Assembly (NCBI GenBank): GCA_010909165.1 | Contig: MU008178.1 | Location: forward strand, 632,369 to 696,368 | Source of the DNA: Anthoceros angustus | Lineage: Eukaryota > Plantae > Anthocerotophyta | DNA length: 64,000 bases | Reading direction: 5' to 3' | In this document: positions 41,393 to 54,073 of the stretch, in pieces | Position numbering within the stretch: position 1 is the stretch's first letter | Layout of the letters: every line of letters starts with the position of its first letter | Notes under the pieces: generated by a model | Databases searched by the model: none | Seen by the model: only the letters and a program-made list of their open reading frames with translations | What the model was told of the DNA's origin: nothing | Program-made: the position numbers and the translations under genes

Positions 41393-44300
41393 CGCGAGGT
41401 TGCCAAGACGCCTACATGGTACATATGGCCCACATGACAGCGGGATAGCCGGGATCGCCCCACCATGGTTATGTAGTTCACTACCGGATCGCCCCATGGT
41501 ATACGGGTGGCCCCACTTGATCCGTGATCGGCCCGGGGCTGACCTATGGACATCATGGTCCATGCACCGGATCACGGCATCCCAGGCTGGGATATGGGCA
41601 TCCCAGATACCAGCCATGGGACATTGCGATTACGCCCGGGATTGCCGGATCAGGCGACTGGCCGCAGCCCACCACCCCAACGCCAAGACACAAGAACTAA
41701 GGTACGCATGCAAAGAATGAACTCGATGTATGCTTGCTTTTATATACTACGTTTGGTTAGGCATTTTCATTAACCAAGGACATGAAAACATATCCTTTAT
41801 TTTGATTGGCCCATAGTCCAAGGATTCATTTCCTTTAAATACTGAAGATAGGAAATAGATCCGTTATGAACGGATAACTAGGTAGGCTAGATAAAGCCAC
41901 TTAGTTTAGGTGTGAAACCAAATCTGGACCCAAACCCAAACAAGGCACGATCAACGTGGGAGGAGCACCACCAAGCGTGAGGTTGCTTTCGCATCATGGC
42001 GCAAACGCCTGGGAATCGATTTGGGCGTGGAGATGATGGCGAGCGGGAATGAGGACGTGGGGCAAGGAATGAGGGTAGTCTTCAAAATCGTGCACGAGGC
42101 CATGTTAGGAACAGTGTTTCACATAGGGTTTGTCTCCGAACCCCATTTTGGCCCCAACCATCCGTAAATGCACATGTCTCATTTCACTGCTTGTGATTTG
42201 CGAACCCCATGCCCCATGCATCCGAGCCCAAAAGAAGACCTATGCCCACCGTCCGCACAAATGACGGACACACCTTTGTACCAAGTGGCTTGGATGATCA
42301 TGACTTATGCTCCAAAGAGTCGGAGGCACCGAACGCCCGCGACTTATACTCCAAAGAGGTGCACACCGGGTTTGGAGAGGGTTGCGCTAATACTTGTGTA
42401 GGCAAGCACTTTCGCCTGCTTGCTTGTGCACACTTGCCACCGCACCAACACTCACATCAATTCTCTTTTCAAACCCCGTGATTCGGCAATCCACGCAGTG
42501 CATACCGCCTGACCCCTCCGTGCTGGAGATAAGCCGCACTTAGATCCGCAGATTAGGCCTCGCGCAAGAATTGGACAAGGTAAAGGATGGTGAGGCCTCC
42601 TCAACCGCTCTTGATCAAACTCTTCGTAGCTTACATTTCTTCTTGTCAAGTCCGCATCGCTTTCAACCTTAATCTATCCATGGGTGGCACATGGAGCAAG
42701 TCGATCTTAAATTCAAAATCTCGCGAAGCTTGGCTATCCTCTGAACACCTAGTCAGGCACCACAAGGCCAGGGTATAGACATGTCCTCCTTCAGAGCCTC
42801 ACCGAAATACTCACCATTTGGTCAAAACCCCACCGGGCGACCACTCTTTCTTCAGATATCACTGGCTCACTAGGGCTAGCAGTGCAGATGCTCTTATACT
42901 TGTGTTCGACTACATCCGATGTGCTTTCATTACTCAAGGAAAAATCATCTATTCTATTTATTTTCTTGCTTCTCGCAAAACATTGTGAAACATTGTCGCC
43001 TTCAAAAGGTTGGCCATTAGAAACCACCATCATACATGTCGAATTTTGGAAAATGTAGCTCATCTAGAAACCAAGGCCTATGCATCTATAATGCATCAAA
43101 CTCGAATGAGCCGACATTTGGCAACAATCAAAGAGATCCACCGCAAGTCATCTAAGAGGCACATAGAGTAAGGCCAAAAGGTTTTAGATGTTGTATACAA
43201 AGCGAATGTGGGAATATAACATCAAGCAACAAATGATTTTGAAAAATAATATTCATGACTTTACGCCTAGATACCGAAATGATTTACAAATTTTTCAAAC
43301 CACTAAAAATCAACACTCCATCCTGGTATTGATACGCCTCTAGGTTGCTTGACAGTGGAGTTGTTACAAAGTTTTCAAAGCGCCAAAAACAAGCAACCTA
43401 TCCTAGTACTAATCCGACCCAAGAGTGCTTAACCGAAAAGATTCTCAAAGCACCAAAGTCAAGCACCTCATCCCGGTAATGATCCGACTCGGGAGTGCTT
43501 AACCTTGGAGTTCTTATGCCATTGAGTCTATCTGCACCTATCCCAGATGTTTTAAGACAAACAATATATAGATGCGCCGGACGTCCGGCGATCCACTCCA
43601 CCATTTCCATCTCGCGGACGCCCACAAGATTGGGGTCTCAGAAATGCGCCGGACGTCCGGCGCAGACTCGCCAATGTGCCGAACGTCCGGCGATTGTCCA
43701 ATTCCTTCTATGTTTTTCACTCTAACAATGGAGATCCTGTGGTTGTGTACTCACAATGCACCGACGTCCAGCGCTACTTTTAGAGTCGTAGTTTGGTCCT
43801 CTCGAGATGGCCATGATCGCTATCGGTTAATGTTCTTCACAAGGACGTCCGCCAGCTGTTTTTCGCTGCAATTGCTACTTTGTTGGTTGCCGGACGTCCG
43901 CAGTTTGGCTTGTCGGACTAATTTTGTTTGGTTTTGCTCACTGCTCACCCCGCTAGGAAGTACTATCGCGAAAGAGGTGTTTAGGATTCCTAGCACGTTA
44001 AAAATCCTTGAAATCCCTTCCTTGTGAAGGTGAAATCCATGAACCTTCTTCGGCTTAAACATTAGCGTAAGTATTCACGAGAAAATAACATGGTCAATGT
44101 CTTTCAAGACATGTCTAAAGAGTGGTTTTGCTAAAGATGATGCATTTTGGCCTGCTGGGGGTCATTTTTGGTCTTTAGGGACCCAAACCCCTTTAATGGA
44201 GAATAACCCCAGGCCGAGAGACGCTGTTTAGGGAGGAAAGCACTTTGTGAACCCTTGCAATCTGGAAATCCAAGATCGATTAGATCTGTGTGTTTTTTGC

Positions 44301-44430
44301 TCAGCGTGCTTCCCTACAAGGCGCCAAGGCTCGATTTACAGGCTCCCAGCCAGCGCAAACTGGGCTGGCCAAGAAATCTTCAAGAAATCTCGTGATTCCT
44401 GCCATTGCGCAGCGGATCCCTTTATTTCGA
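41393..44430 (+). repeat. 5' LTR (~0.9 kb net), interrupted by a hAT-like insertion
   Basis: 41393-42111 plus 44227-44430 match 54074-54965; near-identical from ~41680 onward and more diverged in the first ~300 bp. Confidence 0.85.
42112..44226. mobile_element. Non-autonomous hAT-like DNA transposon in the 5' LTR
   Basis: Absent from the 3' LTR; ends CAGTGTTTC...GAGACGCTG (imperfect TIR); 8-bp flanks GTTAGGAA and TTTAGGGA each differ by one base from the empty-site GTTAGGGA; internal GCCGGACGTCCGGC palindromic repeats at 43570-43910. Confidence 0.8.
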
Positions 44431-45119
44431 AGACTCAATCTTCAAGGGCGACACTCCAAGGCGGAGTGGCGACATTTGAGGCGCCTCCTCTAGCTGGGGC
44501 GACGCCATTTTGGAGCCTGGAGCACAGCTGGGCGATTACACCTTCAGCTGTGGCCCAATCCAGCTCACTGCATGCTCCCAGCTGGGATTTCGAGGTCTTC
44601 AGGGCATTCCTTCACCTTTGCTGGCTTCTTACAGTGATGGCGTGCTAGAGAGGAGGCCAGATCCAGGCCTGATCCATGGGCTTTCCCAAATACAGCTGGG
44701 AATTCAAGATCTAGCGAGCGCTTTTCTCATCCCTTTTCGATCTTTGCAGCAGCAGAGCTTGTGGGAGAGGGAGGACAGACCTTGCCACTCAAGATCTCCA
44801 TTTCAGGCGGGCTACAGCATGGTCTGATACTTTGGTTTGATTCCAAGATCAGGAGCAGGCGGATTGCAGCTTTGCCAACATTTCTGATTTTGGGGATTTT
44901 GGGATTTGCTGAGCGCCCCTTTCACTTTTGCTGGTTTCATACAGTAACAGCGTGCTGGAGAGGAGAACAGATCTCACCATCGAGGTGTCTGGCTCAGCTT
45001 GGTCAGAAAGTGGGAGGGGAGGATCACGTTTATTTGACACTCACGTTTCAATTTCGGATGTGTGAGTGCCGTTTGTCGTTGCTGACCTTTCTCAGAGGCT
45101 GAGGCGTGGGTGCTGACCC

Positions 45120-45430
45120 CTAGACAGTCCCATTTTAGGGACTGTACAGTCCTAATTCCAAGGGCTGTGGGAACAGTCCCATTTCAAGGATTGTTGGGAG
45201 GAGAGCCGGGACTGTTGGGACAGTCCCACTTAGGGCTGTCCAGCCCCATTGCTGGGACTGGGACAGTTCCTACACAGTGCTAGGACTGCTGGGACAGTCC
45301 CACCTCGTGGGCTGTCCAGTTCTATTGCTGGGACAGTCCCACTTAGGGCTGTCCAGCCCCATTGCTGGGACAGTCCCATTGCTGGGACAGTCCCACTGTG
45401 GACTGTCCAGTCCCATTGCTGGGACTTAGG
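45120..45430. repeat. GGGACAGTCCC quasi-palindromic repeat array in the retroelement 5' UTR
   Basis: GGGACAGTCCC / GGGACTG / CAGTCCC motifs repeated more than 10 times. Confidence 0.85.
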
Positions 45431-45607
45431 ACAATCCTACCCTACACCAGGGCTGCTGGAGTGATCCAAGCGTAGGGGTAATCCATTTTGCTGCGAATTG
45501 CTAGGAGGCGCCACACCGCTGGCTGTGGAGTGGAGTGAGTGGAGGATTTCGTTGTTCTTTCACATTTAAGGGAGTGTTGCTGATCTTATGCGTTAGTCAC
45601 ATGGGTG

Positions 45608-47126
45608 ATGCACCCCGAGGGACATGAGATCAGTCCCCGTTACCGCTTGAGGACACGGGACATCCAGCAGCGGACCACTCCCGAGCGGGTACAGGCCAGA
45701 AGGAGGCGTTCTTTTCAGCATCAGCAGCAAGCACAGGAGGAATTGGCAAGCGGTTTAGAGGAGCCTGGCACGCCACCTGCCACCTTGGAGACAGCAACCA
45801 GCTGGTCTCCATTTGCAGATCTCAACACCGGCAAAGAATCATCCGACTCCTTGCCGGAGATCGGGACAAACTTGTCCCAATTTGAGCCTGAGACAAGATC
45901 GAATCAGCTGATCTTTCGGAGGATTCGGACACCATGGAAGGTGGAGGACCCTCATACAGGGACAGATTTTCCGGAGGCCGGCACTCAATCTGCGAGATTT
46001 TCTACCGCCCCTCAACGCTATCATCACCGGGTCGTTCAAGCATGGCGCTTATAATCACCAGACATGTTTGAGCAGCTTTCAAGCTACGACGACGCTGGAT
46101 TTGTATGAGGCACATCAAGCGGATTTGTCTTCTACCATCTCCACGGTGAATCCCCAGCTCAAGGAGCTGCAGCTTGCCTACAATGGCAAGTTGGCCACGG
46201 CCGTGAGTGCCCACCAGGCCAAGATTGCTGACGCGCCACCGCTCAGCCACCATCCGTGGTGAGTCTAACGGCCGAGAGGGTGGCAGCCACGGTTAGTCCC
46301 GAGTTCATCCAAACTCCCAAGTACCTTAATCCGTGGAGGAGTTCATGGCCATCCTCGAGAAGGCGTCCGCTCAAGACTCGAGAAAATAGCTGAGCTGGCC
46401 AGTTTCGCTCGCAAGAAGGGTGAGACTGTCCAGATGACCTTTCGCAGGCTCCAGAAGCTGCGAGAAGGCACTGGGATGTTGACTGACCAAGAGGCAGCCG
46501 AGAAGTTTCTTACGGCGTTGGAGGGAGATCCATTGTTCCACTTTCAACTTGTCACCTCTTTGGTGGACAAGTATGGGGACAGCTACACCCTGGAACAGGT
46601 CCATGAAGAAGCGGAGCGCAAGGAAATCGCGTTTTCAGCGTATGCTTCTCGACACTCCAAGGCCTTCACGCACTATCAAAGCATGTTTTCCAGCAAGGGG
46701 AACACATCTGGAGGCGTGGGATCAGGGGTTTCAAGCCCATTCAGGCCAGTCAAGTCGTCGCAGCCACCTCCACGTATTGCAATCGCTGTGGCAGCCGGAT
46801 CATTTGGCTCGTGCAAGCTTCCTGTGGAAGGTTTGCATTGTTCCCATTGCAACAAGACTGGCCATTTGGTTACATGCTTTCAAAAGCATCCGAGCGCAGA
46901 TATCAAGAAGGCCCCACACCTTCAGCCGGGACTCCCACAACAGCTGGCGGAATGCGTCGAAGGGCCGATCACACGGAATGGGGCCAAGGCCAAGGAGCGG
47001 CTAACCGACAAGATTGCCGCATTGGAGGCAGCAGTGGCAGCACTTACAGCTCACTGGAGCCCCAGCGCTGTGGCAGCACCTCCACCTCCAAGCCCGCCGG
47101 ACAGCCATTTTGGCACCTCACCGTGA
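45608..47126 (+). CDS. Gag-like region with zinc knuckle (frameshifted)
   Basis: ORFs 45605-46054, 46068-46262 and 46434-47126; CSHCNKTGH..C CCHC-like knuckle. Confidence 0.75.
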
Positions 47127-48069
47127 GGAGGAGAGGAGGATTATGGCTGCCACATGAGGCCTGTACTGTCCATCGCCTTGTGGATTCCACGCGATTCCCC
47201 CTACCCGCCACATGGGTAGGATGTGACTTGAAGAAGGCGCATTTGGATGTTGCACCGGGATGCCGATCCCTTACTCGGCAACAAAGAGCGAGGGCTGCCA
47301 TGCCTAGATCCTTTGCTCCGCTGCCGGCGTGGCCATCCTGCTGGAGGGATCATCTGGATGGAGCGCCGAGTGAGCAGCCTCCACATTCGAGTCATGGGGC
47401 ACCGCAATGTGCCACGATCATCTACCACCGACACCCGACCTTGATCATGCGCAAGGTGTTGGAGACTCCTTTGATCTCCCTCCAGGACATGGGAGTTGGG
47501 CGTGCCAGCAGTGCTGGGCTTGGCAACTGAAGTCTCCGCTATCCCATACTGGATCGCCGGAGAGTCCCACGGACACTTCCCCATGCATGGGGCTGCTGGG
47601 GACACCTCAACAGCACACCACAGCTCCATGTTCAGGCTGTCAGAGCCCCAAGATTGGGATTCTCCAGTCCCATACTGGGTGGAGAGTCTCAACATCGACG
47701 CAGCCCCCATACTGGATCGCCGAGGAATCTCAGCCTTGGTCCTCCCCACTGGACCGACAGCAGTCCCAATGCCAAGCACCTTCAGCTCCATGCCAAGGAC
47801 TGCGAGGAGAAACCCATCACGGGACTCTGCAGTCCCATACTCGGACAACCGGACCGCCGGTGGATCCACATGGGCAGCCTCACGACGTTTCAGCTGGGTA
47901 TTGCCCACCACCATCGACCATGTTACGATGGTGGGAGTGACAGGCAGGCCACCCACAGCCATGAGGAGGGCCAGCCACTTGAGGCGGTGCCTATGCGTCC
48001 CAAATACATGGAGTACTCGGAGCACCGATTCATTCCCACCAATCGCATGAATGTGCGAGTGAGCAATGC

Positions 48070-48380
48070 CATGGTGGACAATAGGGAAGGCCATGTCACG
48101 GTGAATGGCTATGCTCCCAAGCTTGTGCTCTTGGACACGGGGCTGCGTGATCATTGGCAAGGCTCGCCGCTAGGTTGAACTTGCGAGGAACACCGCCATT
48201 CACCTGGAACATCGTGACAGCCGCGTGGAACCTGTGTGGAGACTGTCAGCCACCGCCATCACGCTCAAGCGGACACGCCATGACATTGGCCATTCATTGC
48301 CTTGTCACGACAAATGCTAACACGATGTCCTTCTCGGACAGGAGTTTTTGTTTCCACCGCATCAGCGTGGACAATTGACA
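48070..48380 (+). CDS. Retroviral-type aspartic protease
   Basis: HVTVNGYAPKLVLLDTG (catalytic DTG). Confidence 0.75.
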
Positions 48381-48749
48381 GCAAGCTCACTATCGCCCGA
48401 TTGGCGTAGTGGAGGTCGCCATGGCGCACTTTCCCTTGAATGCATGGCGGATTGATCGAGGTCGCCACCGCCCTAGCTACTCCAGTCCTTATGGCGACCA
48501 TCTGTGCTGTCCCGAGGTGCTCCCACCGGCAGCCAGCATTTGAGTGACATGCTGGAGCTTGCCGACTTGGATCCAGATCACGAGGCCGACCATTTGGTCA
48601 CAGCCGCCTAGGAGACACTCCACCATCATTCGAAGTGTCCGACCTGGTTCAGCAAGCTCTTCCACGAGTGCAGCAAGCTCTGCAGCTCCAGACTCATGGC
48701 ATCCTCCACCACGGTGAGCCAGATCATCACGTGGACGGTGCCCACTGCA

Positions 48750-49690
48750 TTGCTGGAACTGCTTTGGGGGTATTTGCACAGGTCTGGAGGCTCTTTTGCT
48801 GAATGGCATCTTGGTCAGTCGTTACATTTACTATGACCGTTGTCCCAAGGCGCAATGCATTGCTGCTTTTCGCCTTCAGGAGCTGCGCGATTCCCTTCAC
48901 TACTCCCCGCCAATGCTATCTCAGGCACCTTTTCTACAATGCCCCAAGACATCCAGCTGTTGCAGCGCCGCCACATTCAGCTCCTGGCCCCCATCCACTT
49001 CGTGATTGCGGGATGGGAATGCCAAGGATTTTCTCAAGCCGGCACAGGGGGAGGATTACAAGACCCACGAACCGCCTTGTTTTGGGACCTTCACCGCATC
49101 TTGGTGGATGTTCAGCACTTCAGCCCTGGCTGCGCTTACTTGCTGGAGAACACCCCGGCGCAGCTGGACACTCGGCTGCAAGTTCGCCAAGACATGGCCA
49201 TCATCCAGCAGCATGTGGGCACGCCCTTGCTCATGGATGCCGCCCTGTGTTGGCGCTTTGCTCATCGCTGAAACTATTGGACCAACCTGGCCCCTCAACC
49301 TTTGCTAGAGTTGGTGGTCACCCGCACTACTCGGGACCCCACTCTCAAGCTCTCCGATGTGTTGGACCCTTGGCATCAGCCACGGGCTGTGACAGGTGCC
49401 GAGCGTGCACCTTGGTACCGCACCAACACGCCGGGACAGGCCCGGCAGACCCTTCCCACCCTAGTGAGCTTTCCTGGCTCCTATGCCTACAGGGGACAAG
49501 GGGCAGGTCTGCTATTCAACAGCAACACCCACCAGTGGGAGGAGCCCAATGTGGAGGAGCGGGAGCGCGTCATGGGTTTCCACACCCATGCCACTGCGGC
49601 TCCCCAAGTTACCGAGCGTCACCGCCGGGCCGCCTTGGGCCGCGCTATGGATCTGTCAGCCCTCACTTGGCTCATCAGCATATGTCTGGC
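48750..49690 (+). CDS. C5-cytosine DNA methyltransferase domain (DNMT3-like) within pol
   Basis: Motif I LELFGGICTG; motif IV VIAGWECQGFS; motif VI YLLENT; motif VIII AHR..YWTNL; motif IX EERERVMGF; motif X RRAALGRAMD, all in canonical order across a few 1-2 bp frameshifts. Confidence 0.92.
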
Positions 49691-50039
49691 CTTTCAGCTG
49701 TTGGCATTCCCGCGGAGCTCCCACCCGCCCCGAGGTCCTTTTCCCACATGCTGCGCCGACGCTGTCCATTTGCCCTTCCCGGGATACACCACCTGGTCAT
49801 ATTGGCTTGATGCAGGGGGAGGTGGCATGGCCATCCCAGTGCATTCTCAGCATCAAGCTCGTGGACATGGGAAGTCAACTGGGATCCGAGTATGGGATCG
49901 TCCAGTATGGGACGTCGAGTAGGGACTCCCAATTCACAGCACCCAAGCCTCGCTTATGTGCCGAGACTGTTGGGTCATGGGGCCCCAACTCACAACAGCG
50001 TAGCACGATACATGCCCTTTGCTCCAATACCGGGACTGT

Positions 50040-51310
50040 TTGCCTTCTCCATGCGAATTGAAGCGATGTAATGTGACCACCTTCCGCATCAATCTGACCA
50101 GCAAGGAGCCTATCTACAGGAGGCGCTACAGGCTCAGCAAAACTGAGTGGGACATGGTGGATGCACGTCAAGAGTTGCTTGAAGCCGGGCTCATTCGCCT
50201 CTAGCTCCCTATCTGCCACGTGATGCCTCCCAAGAAGGACAGAACGGAATGTGGACAGAGAAGAGGATGTGCGGAGACTACCGTCCTATCAACGCTGACA
50301 CAGGATCGGTACCCCATGCCAACGCCGGAGGAGATCTTCGACAACATTGGCAAGTCTACCTACTTCTCGATTTTGGATTTGCGTCAAGGCTTCAACCAGG
50401 TGTTGCTGAAGAGGACATCAAGAAGACAGCCTTCCACGGCTCTCAGCAGGGAATGGCTGGTGATGCCCTTTGGCTTCAAGAACGCGCCGGTGACTTTCCA
50501 GCGCGTAATGGACATAGTACTTGCAGGTTCAGCGAACCTCATGTGCTACATTGATGATGTCCTGGTCCACAGCGAGGACTTTGAGTCTCATTTGGTGCAC
50601 CTGGAAGATCTGTTCAAGAGATTGCGAAAGGCGCAGTTGACATGTCACCCGGCCAAGTGTGAATTTGGCATGGACACCGTGGCATACCTTGGTCACAGGG
50701 TTGTGCCTGGCGGCGTCATGCCTCATGCTGCCAAGGTACAGGCCATCTTGCAGGTGCGAGAGCCCACAAACCTCTCTGCCCTGCGAGCTTTCCTCGGCCT
50801 ATGCAACTATTACCGAGTATACATTCGGGACTTCAGCCGAATTGCCAAGCCGCTGAATGACTTGCTGCGGAAGGATGTTGTTTGGGCCTGGACAGAGAAG
50901 ACCCAGCAAGCTTTCGACACGCTGAAACTGAGCTTGACTAAGCTCCTGTCATGGCTGACGACTTCCAAGCCGTTTGTGGTACATACGGAGCATCATCTAG
51001 TTGCTAGCCCAACAAGATGAAGATGGAAAGGAGCGGGTGGTTGCGTATGCTTCACGCAGCAACAATCGTGAAGCCAACCATGAGCTACCAAGGGAGTGTC
51101 TAGTCAGATGGGCGGTCATTTTAGGCCCTACTGTATGGCAAGCCCTTCACGCTAGTCACTGACCATCAGCCCCTCAAATGGCTGATGACCAACACTAAGT
51201 TGAGTGGGAAGCTTGCAAGGTGGGCCATGATCTTGCAGGACTATGAATTTCAAGTGGTGCACCGAACGGGAGTCACACACCAAAACGCGGACACTCTCTC
51301 TCGGAATCCC
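50040..51310 (+). CDS. Reverse transcriptase and RNase H
   Basis: RMCGDYRPIN, DRYPMP, LDLRQGFNQ, MPFGFKNAP, YIDDVLV, FLGLCNYYR, VVAYASR, TDHQPLKWL, LARWAMILQDYEF. Confidence 0.95.
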
Positions 51311-53040
51311 AGTGCTAGTTGCGAAGATGTTACAGGCCGACAGGACCAAGATGATGGAGATCTGCAGCATGTGTCGGTGGCTGCGATGGTGGCTTTGACA
51401 AGCCTGGGTGACTGTCCCGAGTATGGGACAGTCCCGAGTATGGGAGTCCTTAGCATTGAGCACATATGCTGGGGACAGGAGGTCCAAGGACATCTGGGAA
51501 GACTCCGAAACTCTCCTATTTGTCCAAACAGGACAGTTTGGATCAGCCATTGAGCACGCTGAGCAAGAAAGAATTCGCCAACAAGTATCAATGGCGTGAT
51601 GGGCATTTGCCGAGGAGGCTGACCAATGGCTGGAACGATTGGTGCCACCACCTGATAGGGAGCAGCTCATCCGTCGAGTGCACGACATGGGCCACTTTGG
51701 AGTCAAGCGTACTTACAGTTTGCTCCTCCCATTTCCATTGGCAAGGGATGTACGCCCAAGTCAAACAGTGGCCTGTTGCAAGGACTACGTCAGGGTGAAG
51801 ACCTCCTTCACCATCCAGAACCCTCAGCTGCACCCTTTGCCTATCATGGGACTGTTCTTTAGGTGGTCTTGTGACTTGTTGGGTGAACTACCCAAGACAC
51901 CACGAGGGAACGTGTACATTCTCGTCATGATGGAGCACTTCTCCAAGTGGGTGGAGGTGGTGGCTGCCGGACAAGAGCTCCAAAAGCACCGCCAGCCTTT
52001 CTTCAGAATGTCTTTGAGTCGCTTTGGGAGCGGCCGAGTGCTTGACGGATCAGGGGTCTGAATTTCGAGGGGAATTCCAAGACCCTCTGGATGCGCTCCA
52101 TCGACCATCGCAGACCAGCCGAGACCATCCTCGCTGATGGCTGGCTGAACGGATGGTGCACCGGCCGAGTCACACACCAAAACGCGGACACTCTCTCGGA
52201 ATCCCGGTGCTAGTTGCGAAGATGTTCTGACAGGACCAAGATGATGGAGATGCAGCATGTGTCGGTGGCTGCGATGGTGGCTTTGACAAGCCTTGGTGAC
52301 TGTCCCGAGTATGGGACAGTCCTTAGCATTGAGCACATATGCTGGGGACAGGAGGTCCAAGGACATCTGGGAAGACTCCGAAACTCTCCTATTTGTCCAA
52401 ACAGGACAGTTTGGATCAGCCATTGAGCACGCTGAGCAAGAAAGAATTCGCCAGCGCGCTTCCAAGTATCAATGGCGTGATGGGCATTTGCTGAGGAGGC
52501 TGACCAATGGGCTGGAACGATTGGTGCCACCACTGGCGATAGGGAGCAGCTGATTCGTCGAGTGCACGATGACATGGGCCATTTTGGAGTCAAGCGTACT
52601 TACAGTTTGCTCCTCCCACATTTCCATTGGCAAGGGATGTACGCCCAAGTCAAACAGCAGGTGGCCTGTTGCAAGGACTGCGACAGGGTGAAGACCTCCT
52701 TCACCATCCAGAACCCTCAGCTGCACCCTTTGCCTATCATGGGACTGTTCTTTAGGTGGTCTTGTGACTTGTTGGGTGAACTACCCAAGACACCACGAGG
52801 GAACGTGTACATTCTCGTCATGATGGAGCACTTCTCCAAGTGGGTAGAGGTGGTGGCCCTGCCGGACAAGAGCTCCAAAAGCACCGCCAGCCTTTCTTCA
52901 AATGTCGAGTCGCTTTGGGGGAGTGCGGTGTCGGATCGAGTGGAATTTGAATTCCAAGACCCTCTGGATGCGCTCATCGACCATCGCAGGACCAGCCGAG
53001 ACCATCCTCAGGCTGATGGCCTGGCTGAACGGATGGTACA
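51255..53040 (+). repeat. ~0.9-kb tandem duplication of the RNase H-end/integrase region
   Basis: ~51255-52155 is repeated at ~52155-53040; the junction shares TGGTGCAC microhomology. Confidence 0.9.
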
Positions 53041-53560
53041 GACCATCAAGAAGGGTCTAAGGAAGCTCTGCCTTCAAATGCCCAAGAGAGGGACTTGGCT
53101 CTTCCTTACATCGCCATGGCTACGTATGAGTCGGCATGCCTCCTTGGCACATTTCAGTCCCTACTTCTTGCTGTTTGGGAGGGAACCCATGCCGCCTAGC
53201 TCAATTGCTAAGCAACTCTATGAGGTAGTGGATCCGGATGATCCAAAGAATGGGCAACTATTGGTCAGCCGCGGCCGCTGCAAGCCATGCCGATGGCCAT
53301 GGCTAATTTGAGGATTGCCCAACATCGGGACACCCTTAGATATGCCCACACTCGCGGCGCACCCAAGCTCAAGAAATTTCGTGGGGACTTTGTTTACTTG
53401 CGAAGGTGGAGACACCCTTGACACCACCACCGACATGTGCTGCGAGTTCAGGAGGTCAAGGAGAATGGTGTGCTAGTGCTACAAGGATCAGATGGACGTA
53501 CCACCAAGGATCACATGAAAAATTGTGCGCCTTGCCATTTGCCCAACCTGGATCCAACCA
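52400..53560 (+). CDS. Integrase (H2C2 zinc finger plus rve core)
   Basis: HDDMGHFG...CKDC; WSCDLLGELP; EHFSKWVEV; HPQADGLAERMVQTIK; SPYFLLFGREP. Confidence 0.93.
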
Positions 53561-53598
53561 TTGTCACCAGTGATTGGGTACCTCCGGCTGATTACCCA

Positions 53599-53733
53599 TG
53601 CCAGATTTGCAGGAGGACAGACGACCCTGAGCTGATGCTGCTGTGCGACCACTGCAACGGCGGATACCACCTATTTTGCTTGCAGCCGCCTCTCTCCGAG
53701 GTGCCGGAGCAGCTGTGGTATTGTCCACTATGT
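53599..53733 (+). CDS. PHD finger at the integrase C-terminus
   Basis: CQICRRTDDPELMLLCDHCNGGYHLFCLQPPLSEVPEQLWYCPLC is a complete C4HC3 with the conserved W. Confidence 0.95.
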
Positions 53734-54073
53734 GCTGCCTCTCCGGCCTCAAAGACCGCACACACAAGCTTCAATGGCTGGGGGGGGGTAGGAGCAGATG
53801 CTCTCCCAGCATACTTTGTTCTTTGCAAGGGGGACCTTTTAGACTCATACTGGATCGCCAAACTTTGGCCCATTCAGCATGACAATCTGGACCGCGATAA
53901 GTGGGCACGTACAGGAGGCAAGGAAGCCACAACAGATCCTGCCATGGGACATGGCGTTCCACAGGATCGCTGATCGGCCTGGGACATGGCCCACCTCACA
54001 GTTAAGATTGGTGGAGTTGCCCGAGACAAGCTCATACTGGACACCGGACTCCCAAACTTTTCACGCTTCACGA

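Noticed and set aside
47201-48160. Long antisense ORF (319 aa) and other long alternative-frame ORFs such as 48803-49810
   Set aside because: These are shadow frames of the GC-rich pol region with no recognisable domains
48750-49690. Host DRM/CMT/MET1 gene or bacterial contamination
   Set aside because: Motif order is unpermuted (unlike DRM), there are no BAH, chromo or UBA domains or introns, and it is collinear within pol of a TSD-bounded element
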